Shown: in pieces, positions 11,695 through 23,600 of the stretch
Position numbering within the stretch: the stretch's first letter is position 1
Layout of the letters: each line of letters begins with the position of its first letter
Notes under the pieces: model-generated
What the model was told of the DNA's origin: nothing
Seen by the model: the letters and a program-made list of their open reading frames with translations, nothing else
Database searches by the model: none
Translations under genes and position numbers: made by a program
Source of the DNA: Azolla caroliniana
Taxonomy: Eukaryota; Plantae; Polypodiophyta
Direction of reading: 5' to 3'
NCBI GenBank assembly: GCA_043228905.1
Contig: JBHGNT010000008.1
Location: 12,524,001 to 12,588,000, forward strand
DNA: 64,000 bases

Positions 11695-13074
11695 TTCAGA
11701 AAAGTACTCGGCAACATATTGCTAATCATCAATAATTCGAATGGGGATCCATTTTTTATCTTATCTTGATTCAAGCTATAATAATCCACACAAATGCATC
11801 ATTCCATCTTTCTTCTTGACCAATAATATTGTTGTGATACAAGGCAATTTAGTCAAGCCAAAATAATCATAAAATTATCGCAACACCTCATCTACACTAA
11901 GCTTTATGGATAGGTATTGTTTCTCTTACTTCAAATCGTAATGGAGCAAAGGCACCAATTGACAAAACTAAATGACAATACCCTCTCACCACCACCGATA
12001 ATTCTTCCTTGGATTGATGATCACTAGCAACTAGATGTCTTTTGTTTCCTATAATATTCCCTACAATAAGGGAGCAAATATGGCCTCAAAATGAAGTTGA
12101 TACTATATTAAAAAATTAGCAACCTTCAAGAGAACAAGGGTTTGAAACTAATATTAAAAACTACTATAATGTAACGCTATTGCTTGCTTTGAATTTTAAT
12201 CATCATTAAGCATATGCATTGCACAATGTCAAATTTATCGTTGGTAAACTCGATCAGCATTGAGTTAATATGGCACACCTTTACAATTAGTAATGTCTTG
12301 TCACAACTAAGTGGGAGCGGATGGTATGCAATCACAGAAATTTGTTAAAGTCACATTCTGATGGCAAAAAGAGATGAATCTAAACTGTAGAGGTAAAACT
12401 CATCTCCTGACACAGTGATGTCAAAATAAACGAGTTAAATAGATATTTTAATATGTCAAATTTTGCATCTTTAAATCATCAAACTAGATGTCATTGTGAA
12501 CTACAAAGCAATAAAGCTCCTCCCTACTATTTCCACAATACCCTTAAATGTAAATCTACTAACAGATGCATGAAGGATAACATAATAGAACATACATAAA
12601 AAAAGTAACCCGATCAATATGCAAATAAAATATCTTGATTATAAAGAACTAAGGTAATGACTCACAATTATAAAGAGCTCAGACCACTTGTCTACGCTAA
12701 CCCAACTTATGATCTTTCATCCATGCAACAACACAAAATGCAAGTAAGAGACCATATTAGTTTTCCTCACTTGTAGAGACTGAGTAGAGTTTTCCCCACC
12801 GTAAATCTCTCTGAAAAGGGAGAGACCCTACTCAAGTTATTGAAGGTTCAATGCTTAGTATCAATGTCAGATAAATAAACAAAGACAACCCTAAGGATGA
12901 TTGTCTAACGCAATTTATTACTTCAAAATGTACACTTCTTTCAGTTCAGTTGCACAACCAGATCATGTATTTCATAAAACCTTTTCTTACTTCAACAAAT
13001 TTGGTGTCCTGAAAATAATGGTATCTTACCTCCATTAAAGGTAAGGTAATAAAGACTCCTCTATGATGAGAGCC

Positions 13075-13250
13075 TCAGATTGGATCTAGACGATACATCG
13101 TGATCTCGTGTTGTTTGAAATATCGTCTCCCCTCCTCATCTATAAGCACAAGATTCAGGAAGTAATGAACACTGAACTTATTATTCACGGTTTTGTATGT
13201 TGGAGTTAAGTCATATGAGCTCAAGAATACTCGAATTGGGATAGATTCAC
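13075..13250 (-). CDS. VPS26: VPS26 exon 11 (ESIPIRVFLSS...RRYFKQHEITMYRLDPI*)
   Basis: TTTTGCAG acceptor; TGA at 13077-13075. Confidence 0.95.
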
Positions 13251-14606
13251 CTGCAAAATTTTCAGATCAGTTATTATACAGAAGACATGCCAAGACCACA
13301 TGTACTTTGAAACACTAGAATATTTAAATTACAAACATCTACATAACGAGTTTTGATCAACTATTTCCAGTAAGTATTCTAGCATTTCCCAAGCTGAAAC
13401 ATATACAAAAGATATAGATAATTGGCCCAGTAGAACACTATGTATTACTTACAACAAATAAATAACACAACAAAATAATGCCAGCTTCACCATGAGTACA
13501 TAACATATATATATATATATATATGTAATGGAAACACAATAAAATCTCAAATTTTGCAGTTTAACTGAAATTTCATTTATTCTCACCTCTAACTGGAGCA
13601 CCATCCATAATTTCATATTTGGCCAGTGTCTCACTTTGGTGAAATGTGCTTGCCCCTGACCCTGTTGTTTCTCGCCTCCTAATCTCAAGTTCCATATGTT
13701 TAATCTTTATACGTACAAGTAAGAAATAAATTTTCCCAACAATTACATCCTTCAAGTGGTACCTAACAAAAAAGCATGCTAGTTATTAAATAGGAAATGT
13801 AAAACATGAAATAAACTTTTCAACAGCAAAGGGTTTAAATATCATAAGATCCAAAACAGCCATTACTTGCTCTTACTAAACTCAAATTCAATATGCAAAC
13901 AATCTTCAATCCCAACCTCCATCTGCAACATTAAACATGTTAAAAAGGAAACAAATTTTTTCCAGCAATATTCATTCTAGCCTATATTTACTCAGATATA
14001 TATGGAATCGCACACTTCAGTGTGCTTAGAGATGCATCAAAACCCAAACTGGAGGTCATTGCTCTATGATCTACAGAGTTCTGGTGTGATGATAATCCGT
14101 GCACTACAACAAAAGATATAAAAGAGTAGTTATCTATGTTACGTATGTTACTTTTATGCAATTATTGATCTCTGGTACTGGTGATGGATTTCTAACCTGA
14201 AATGAAACAGCATATCAGTAAAAAAATGTGATGTGATCAGCACACGTACTACTATTGGCAAAACCAATTACCCAAAAGTCCTTGTACACAGGTGAGGACA
14301 TGCCAAAACCTCTTGCAATAGTCAGCTTCAAAACATACCTGAAGAAGCATGCGTAAGTTCATGAAATTGAGAAGCTAAAATTAAATAAAAAGTTGAGGTT
14401 CCTCACCTTAGTACGACATTCAAGCCAACATATGATTCGTATGGCATTTCAACATTGGGAAATTCAAATGAGTAAGTTTTAATATTGTAGATTTCCCCCG
14501 AAACATCAAGCTCTTTCACTGCAAAGATCTCTCTCTCTCTCTCTCTCTCAAGATGTAATCTCTTATTTGGTCTTATGGGCCATTTTGGCCTCTTAAAAGA
14601 CGTTAA

Positions 14607-14640
<34 letters not shown>

Positions 14641-17600
14641 ATCTTCAATCGTGTTTTCCACCACAGTGGACTATGAATACAGTGGCCCCCATACATAAAG
14701 GGGGGGACCCCATGGACCCAAATACATATAGGACCATTATGATAGGCCATACCCTTGCTAAGTTATATGGTGCAGTAATGGAAGCAGAGCTTAGCGACAA
14801 TATGGAGACCCTAAACCTTCGTGCACCTGAACAAGCTGGCTTTAGACGAGCCTTCTCCACTATTGATCATATCTTCACACTTAGATGCCTAATTGACCAA
14901 ACTAAGGCTCGCAAGAAGAAATTATATTGTTGTTTTGTGGACTTCCGCAAAGCCTTTGACACAGTCCCTAGAGAGCGGTTGTTTGATAGACTTAAAAGCT
15001 TGAGGATACCAGATGATATGGTATGGGCCATCTACACACTATATGAACAAGTGTCCGGGTGTGTCCGATGCCCAGGTGGCCTATCTAATCGTTTCACTAG
15101 CACTATTGGTGTAAAACAAGGTTGCCCCCTATCACCGAGGCTTTTTGGGATCTACATTGATGAGATCACAGATTTTATTGCTTGTGAGGGAGGCACCGGA
15201 GTGGTCCTTGGGAATACGCAGGTTCGTATCTTGCTCTATGCGGATGACATAGTTTTGCTCTCTGAATCCGAACACGACCTACAAAGACACCTTAATGCCT
15301 TAGATGACTTTTGTGTACAACGAGGATTGGTAGTGAATCTAGGGAAAACGAAAGTCCTTATCTTCCACACATTGGCCCAAGTTAGAGCTAAGTGTCACCT
15401 AACTATCTCCCATAGCCCAGTCGAGGTGGTTGGATCATACGTCTATCTCGGAGTCACTTTTAATGCCCGCTCAGGTAAATTTTTGATGACACAGGCAGCG
15501 AAGGATAGACTCACGAGAGGACATGCATCCCTCTCACTCCTAGAGAGACAATGCCACCAAGCACACTTTCAAGAGCCACGGACTAAAGGGTGGCTCTTTG
15601 ACTCATTAGTGACCCCCTCCCTCATGTATGCATCAGCGGTTTGGGCTCCAGGATTACCATCTTTCATGTGGACGCAATTAGAGAGACCATTGGTGATGAT
15701 GCTATCACGCCAACTCCGAAGCAAATCGACTGTACCACATGACATTATTAGGGCTGAGTTCACGTTACCCCCAATGTTAGTAGAGGCACTTTTTCAACTT
15801 GTAGTCTTCATTCACAAGATACATAGCCAACCACATGATAGAATATCTCATCAAGCCTTTAAGGCCTCTCGATCATTGTATGAGTCCGGCTATACTAGCT
15901 CATGGTATGGCATGATGGTGAGTTGGCTTCTTGCGAATGGTCTAAACATTAATAACCTACCTCCCCTTAGGTACAACCACACGAGTGATAACACTTTAAT
16001 CTCTCATGAGAACCGCAATAAAGTAATACGCCAAGAAATATGGCAAATTTACACTCGGTGTAAATGGATCACCCCACTAGAGCCACTCCCATCTAAAATG
16101 TTGTACTATAAGAAACACTTCATGCACTTCTCTGAGTTAGGTTTTATCACGCGGCCAAAATATCTAGATGTATTCTTACCACATGCACTAAGGGTTGTCA
16201 TTGGACAACTTAGAATATCATCTCACCAACTTGAGATTGAGAATGGCCGTACTAGTGGAGTCCCTAGGGAGGAAAGGATATGTAGGTTATGTCACATAGA
16301 GATAGAGGATGAGTACCACTTTACATGCAAGTGTCCAACCTATGCCAAGATAAGGGCAAAATACCAAGACATACTTGGTTCGTCTCCCACCCTCCCCAAA
16401 CTATTAGATACTCTAGATATAAAGAAATTAGGCAAATACATTCTAGAGCTAAAACAACACAGAGAGAATAAGTTACAAAATGTTGACAATAATGTTGCTA
16501 ATGATCATGAACATGTAACAAATGAAGTTTTTCAGGAACAGGAGGAGACAACGAATGCCAACACACTTGCACCACTCGGCCTTTCCATTGATGAGGCAGA
16601 AAACCAGAGAAGAACCAGACGTCCTCGGGTGCCAGGTTTCAAAGCAACTCGACGTGATGTGGAAGCAATATTGAAAATAAGGGAACGTGAGCTACACCGC
16701 CTAGAAGCCATGGCTAGGGCACTCTCTACATTGGAACCCACATCAAGACCCTTTGACCCCCCACTTCTTTTCGAGAGGCTTGGGTGGAAATAAAATTAGG
16801 CTTAGTGTATAGTCACTTTCGAGTATACTACGTATTGTACACTACTAGAACTCTTTTAGTTTAAGTTCTATTTTTTACTTAATTTTATTTTAGTTATGAT
16901 GACTGGATAAATACTCTTTTGTTGTAAACCAATTGTCTCATGGGCCAAATTTGGCCTTAGAAGACGTTAATATATCTTTCTTTCTTTCTTTCTTTCTCTC
17001 TCTCTCTTTGCGTTTAGGGTTTAGGCTCTGTGTTTAGGGTTTAAGGCTCTGTCTGTCTCTGTGTTCTCTGCATTGTCTGTCCTCTCCTCTGCGTTTTCTG
17101 CAATGTGAATGTCTGTCTGCATTCTGTGCAATGTCTGTCCTCTATGTTTTCTGCAATGCCTGACCCTGCGCGTTTTCTACCAAATCTGATTCCCTGTATC
17201 TTCTACTAAATCTGTTCCTCTTTGCTTTCTGACCAGTAGAAATCTTTAGAATCTATATTGTTCTTTCTGCCCTCAACATCTCCTATACCTGCTGTCCTAA
17301 GACACCATGGAGTTTGAATGGACCGAAAATGAAAAGATGGATCTTCACACGCATGACGAAGGTCCAAATCCATGGAAGACCCCAAGAAGATATCATAGAC
17401 AAAAAGGACGGGATGGAAGCACCCCAAGGCACCTAGAACGCAGGCCCCATCCGACATTCCATTTGATGTCGAAAATGGGAAACATGATTTATTACGCCAT
17501 TTGATTGTGTAAGAGATCAATCTTATTAGAGAAGATATATAAATAGCACTAAAAGAAGAAATGAAAAAGGAGATAGAGAAACAGAAAACAGAATTGTATG

Positions 17601-20600
17601 CCTCTCTCAAGGCTGAGTTATTACAAGAAATGCGGAAGGACATAATAAGCCATGTGGAGAAATCACACTTAGAGCTCAAGGATGACATGACACAATACCT
17701 TAAGGATGAAATATCCTCAAGTAAGGTTGGGTTAGGAGCTATAAAAGTGGATTTAGAAAAAGGACAAGAAGCAGTGGAAAGATGCATCTCTACAGTGGAA
17801 GCCAATGTCACGAAGGAAATACAAACATGGGCAGACATGGCCAAAGATGCCAAAGCTCAAGCTGAGCATGCCCAAAATGAAATTAACGCAAATGCTCCTT
17901 GGATAGAGGTAGTAAAAAAGCAAAAAGGAACATCCATGGATAGGGTGGCAATGATGAATGTTACTTTAGAAGAAGAAGCCAAGAGAAAAGCTCGTGTGTT
18001 GCATGTACGAGTGGTTGGTTGGGCCGGCCGAAAAGGGAAGTCCACAAGAAGATGCCAAGAATCTCGGAACAAAGATTGGAGCATCAGATATTCCATTTGC
18101 TTCGGCGTGGAGGGTGGGAAGAGATGAGTCTAGAGCTAAAGCCCTTATCATCCGCTTCATGGATATTGACAAGAAAAATGCTTTCCTCTCTAAAAGAAAG
18201 GTACTCAAGGGTGAAAAAATATACTTAGAAACGACAATCTCCCTCTAGCCCAAGTGGCACACCACAAAGAAAACATGCCACGAGTGCTTGATGCAAGAAA
18301 GGAAGGTAAATGGGTTGTATATAGAGACGGCAAGGTCATTATTACAGAGAAGAGAACCGCATGACGCTATATGGCCTATGAGACCCTACGCATGACCATA
18401 TGGAATTGCAACGGCTCTTTACAAACAGATGTCAGATATTTTAAAGATACATTGAAAAACACAGATATTGCTATGTATAGAGAAACTCACCAATGCATGG
18501 CTCGCAAACTCCCCGAGGTACAAGGATATAGATGGGAGTCAATATGTCGCCCCCAACCTCGGACACGAGGAAGCACTAGAGGTTCGGGAGGAGTGGTTGT
18601 GCTATACAAAGAGGAGCTCCATGGTAGAGTGCATGTTTTCCATAAGGATGTAGATGCACGCTACATGTGGATACGAATAAAAACAGGGTATCTTAGGGAG
18701 TTATATATTGCAATTTGCTAGTTTCCACCTGCCTACTCAAGGTTTGCACCTCTAGGTGAATCACCATATCTACCACTATATGATGATATCATAAGATTTG
18801 CTACTATGGGGGACATAATACTATTAGGAGATTTTAATGCACAAACCAAGGATGAACAAACTATGTTTAACACCAACGAGGCTGTTTATGGAGAAGTTAT
18901 GGCGGAAGAGGTTGGTCTAAAGCGACAAGCTCAAGATATGAGTGCTATAACTAAATATGGAAAACACTTTCTAGCCTTGGGAAGTGCACATGGATTTGTG
19001 ATATATAATGGCTTGTCACAAAGGCTTGGATCAGATGCTTTGACATGTTGGAACCCAAAAGGGGGTGCAAGCACAGTCGATTATCTAATGGGATCTCCAT
19101 CTCTTATACCTGAAATAAAAGTGTTCATTATATCGGGAAGACCTATTGGCTTGGCAGCTGATCATGCATATCTACGCTTTGAGGTAAAGGATGGATGCAC
19201 AAAGGATCTATATGCTAAGGAGAGTGGGCTGGCTAAGTATCTATTCACTCGCGAGACAATTGATGTGTATAGTTGTGGTGTATACAATGGCATGCTAGAT
19301 TTGGATCCTTTCGCACCCCTTGAAGAACTTACCCAAGGTTTATCCAAATCATTGCATAAAGCAGCCACAAATGCCTTCCCTCGCACAACGGTCAATCCCC
19401 CCAAACTCGGTAGGGTAATACAAAATAGTTGGTATGATGAGGAATGTCGTGATACAAGGAAATGCTTGCAGCATGATGTAACTCGGGGCATTTATACACA
19501 CAACCAAGCAAGAGCAACCTTCCAACGCCTCATGAGGAGGAAGAAGAGATTGTATTTGGCTAAATTTGAAGATCATTTGTATCGCTTGTTTCTAGGACAA
19601 GAGAGTAAACGAGCATGGAAAATGTTTAATGAGAGGCAACCCACCACACAACTGACCTCACCTCAGGTGTGGCAGGAATATGCAAAGGTTCTATATGATA
19701 TCCCGGGGCAACCTCCTCTTCCCCACCTGAATGCCTCATGCCCACATGAATCAACCCTCTTTACACCACAATGTAAGAAATGCCATTGATCGGCTACAAT
19801 TTGGGAAGGCCCAAGATCATGATGGATTGGTGGATGAGCACTTTATCTATGCCCGTGACACCTTGCTCCCATTGCTAGCACACATCTTTAATAGAGCCAT
19901 GTGTGAAGGTTTTCCTACTAGATGGACTCAGCATACAATTGTGCCAATCCTCAAGAATGGAGACCCCATGATGCCAAGCAACTATAGGACAATCATGATT
20001 GGCCATTACTTGGCTAAACTATATGGCTTGATTCTAGAATCAGAGTTGAGTATATGGGCAGAGCAAAATGGTTGCCGTTCAATTGGACAAGCAGGCTTTC
20101 GGAAGGGGTTCACAACTTTGGATCACATATTCACCCTTCGAGCCCTTATTGAGGAGGGCAGAGCCCACAATACGAGGATTTATTGCTGCTTTGTGGATTT
20201 TCGAAAAGCCTTTGACACTGTGCCACGTGCTCAGCTTATGCAATGGCTAGAAGCCCTTGGTGTTCCTATAGATATGCAATGGGGAATCTATGCACTCTAC
20301 GAATCTGTGTCAGGAAAAGTGCGGTCTTCTAAGGGCTTGTCAGAGGCGGTGGCTAGCACAATTGGCGTGAAGCAAGGATGCCCACTATCCCCCACACTGT
20401 TCGGTCTCTATATAGATGAGGTATCACAGTACATAGAGAGATTTGGGGGTTCCGGAGCACACCTAGCAGGTATAGCTATACAAATATTACTATATGTTGA
20501 TGATATTGTGCTGATTTCCGACTCTCCGGAGGGACTACAAAGACATCTAAATGCCTTAAAACTATTTTGTACGGACAAAGGTTTGTCAATCAACATGAAT

Positions 20601-23600
20601 AAAACTAAAGTGATGGTGTTTAACACCACCCAAGCATGGGTAACAAGATCAGAACCAGAATTCTTCTTGGGAGAGGAAAAGGTGGAATACACAAGCTCCT
20701 ACACATACCTAGGAGTAACATTTACATGACCTAGGTTCTCCTTACAGGAGGCCACTTGTGCCCGACTTTCTCGTGCATATGCAGCCCTTGGTGCTCTCGA
20801 GAGACAATGTGCACATTTGCAGTTCCAAGAGCCACGGACTAAGCTATGGTTATTTGATACACTTTTCACACCAACTCTTCTCTATGGAGTAGAGACATGG
20901 GGACCGAGTCTTAACAAGGCAAATCATTGGAAAGATTTAGAGAGACCTTTAGTGTCAATGATTGCTCGCATGATAAGGAGCAAAGCATCGGTGCCCCACG
21001 ATATAATCCGGGCAGAGATGGGAGCAGCACCTATAATAACCGAGGTGTTGTTCCGATCAGTGACATTTATCCAACATCTTTGGGAGCTCCCTAAACAAAG
21101 GTACCCAAGCTTGGCACTTATGTCATCGGGAAAAGTTGTTGAAGAATACAGCCACACAAGCTCATCCACAAAGAACAATCACAACTTTCTTTAGCTCCAT
21201 CATTCCTAATGCTAGAAGTCAACCCCGGGATACACAAATGGGCTTCAGACCAGGACATAACAAAGGGGTTACAATTGATCGGGCAATGGCAATTTGCCGT
21301 GCACGTAGGCCTTGGCCCCATGGACCACGACCTCGACACCCTTGTCATCAACAGGTTTACCTTCTAGAGTCTTGCATCACAAGCTCCCAGTTGTTAGAAT
21401 GCTCAGAGTGAGAGGCTCCCCTTTATCTGTTAAAAGACCCCTTTATCTGTTAAAAGAATTGATGAAGAGATGGATCATACCTTCGGGTTGGATGCCCCAA
21501 CCGTGTTGATCTTCTAACCCAACGATCTACATTTATCTGGAATTGGTTCCAAATCTAATAAAATATCTTCTTGCTGTAGTTCAGCAAGTATTCCTTCATT
21601 TGTAAGAGATGGCTGTAATTGATCTTCATCTTCAGGGTCTAAAATTTCTGTGTTTTTCTGTCCATCTTCTTTTGGCAATAAAATTGGTTTATTGATCTCT
21701 ACTTGTTCATTACCTTGAGCCAATGGTTGGCCGTTGCTGAAATTTCACTCTTTTTGTTGATGTTGTTGAGGTACAGTTGCTTTTGAGCAACTTTGCTTTA
21801 TCTTTTAGAATTGCAATAACCAAATTGTGTAACCCATCTCAACATTTATACCTATCCCGAAAAGATGCATCTGATGGATTTTGTATACGGCTTGTTTTAT
21901 AACTCCTATCTAACATGGACAAAAGCTTCACGGCCAATGATACACTCATGATCATATGAGACCGATTTGCTAGACCGAGTCTCCTTTGGTCTACCACGTT
22001 TTAATCAAGGTTGTTAGGTACGTTAGATACGGTACAAATACCATACGTATATAACGTATTAATACGCATATAGTACCTCCCAATTTAAAAATACGTTAAA
22101 TACGTTTTTTAATATGTTAAATACTTATAAAATACGTATAGTACGTTAAATACTTCTAGATTTTGAAAATTATTTACCTTTCTAAAAAATATTTGTAATA
22201 TTGTACAAAGCATCTATGTTTACACAATTTTGTGATGTACATTATAGTTCTACATCCTAAAATGCATATAAGACATTTGAACATTTCACATCCTAAAATA
22301 CTTATAATATGGATGTCAACATTCACTTATTCTATAAATCAATGTAAGTTTGTATTACGATGTTCTATTTCAAATTGTAATTATTTACGATTATGGCTTC
22401 ATAGATTGAGGAATTGTCTACGATTATCACACTCAAGATAGGTTTCTCTTCTTTTCTTTCTTCATCTTCTTCTTCTATCTTCTGTGATTATCACAGTCAA
22501 AGTCAAGACAAGTTTTTGTCTTCTTTTCGCTCTTCTTCTTCTTCTTCTTCTTCTTCTTCTTCTTCTTCTTCTTCTTCTTCTTCTTCGTCGTCGTTGTCAT
22601 CATCTCTTCTGTTCTTCTTTCTTCCTTCTTTTTGCTTCTTTTTCAGTAAAATCTTTATTTTTCTTTTTCTTTTTGTTGGGGTTTTACTTATATTTTTTTA
22701 TAAATATGTATTATACCTGTTTTTTCAAATGTACATTAAATACCGCATTGGACAAATGTACATGATATTTGACTGAACAACATTGAGGTATAGTACGTAC
22801 TATACAAATTATGACGTACTATATGTATTTAAACGTTAAATATGGGTACGTAAACAACCATGGTTTTAATGAATTGTGTGAGGCCTCAATTAATAATATG
22901 TATTGTAGTTTGTAAAGCCTCTTCCCAAAATGCATGAGGAAGATTATCTTTGGACAGCATACATCAAACCCTCTCACATAATGTCCTAGTGTATCATTCA
23001 GCCACACCTTTAGATGTTGGATTCTACAGAGCTGTAAGCTCTCTTTTAATTCAATTTTCTACAAACAAAATTGTAAATCAAGTGTGAATGTACTCTCTCC
23101 ATTGTCTGTCCTCATGTCAATTTCAAATATGTTTGGGTAGTAATATATGCATGAAAATTTCAGAAAATAGCAAACACTTCAATCTTATCCTTCACTAAAT
23201 ATACCCAATACTTTCTAGAGGGATCAATAATGAAAGATATGAAATGTAAGGACCTCCTAAAGATTTAGTAGGCATAGTACATAAATCCGAGTGTGACCTC
23301 AGGTGGTGCTATTTTTCTTGAAGAACCAATGTAATGAGAACCCTTTACTTGTTTTCCATAAATGCAGTCGTTGCAAAATTCAAGCTTGTTACCTTTGGTC
23401 ACTAACTTATGAGAAGAGAGTAGAATGTCCAAGGCCATTTGGCTCATATGGCCTAATCTTTTGTGCCACAATGCAACCCCATTTTCTGCAACTGCAACTA
23501 CAATTAATCGACTAAGAAGAGTTCAACCTAAGAGACAATAAAGTGTACCTCTTCCACTACCCCAGGTAATGAGTCTTGTACCACGTACAATCTTCCATGC

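Noticed and set aside
13010-13030. GGTAAG donor 45 nt after the VPS26 stop (possible 3' UTR intron)
   Set aside because: No acceptor or downstream exon can be supported from sequence alone.
21514-21960. Acidic minus-strand ORF fragment after the LINE
   Set aside because: No identifiable domain; probably TE debris that I cannot assign.
22414-22776. Poly-Ser and poly-Leu ORFs
   Set aside because: Translations of the (TTC)n microsatellite within a MITE.
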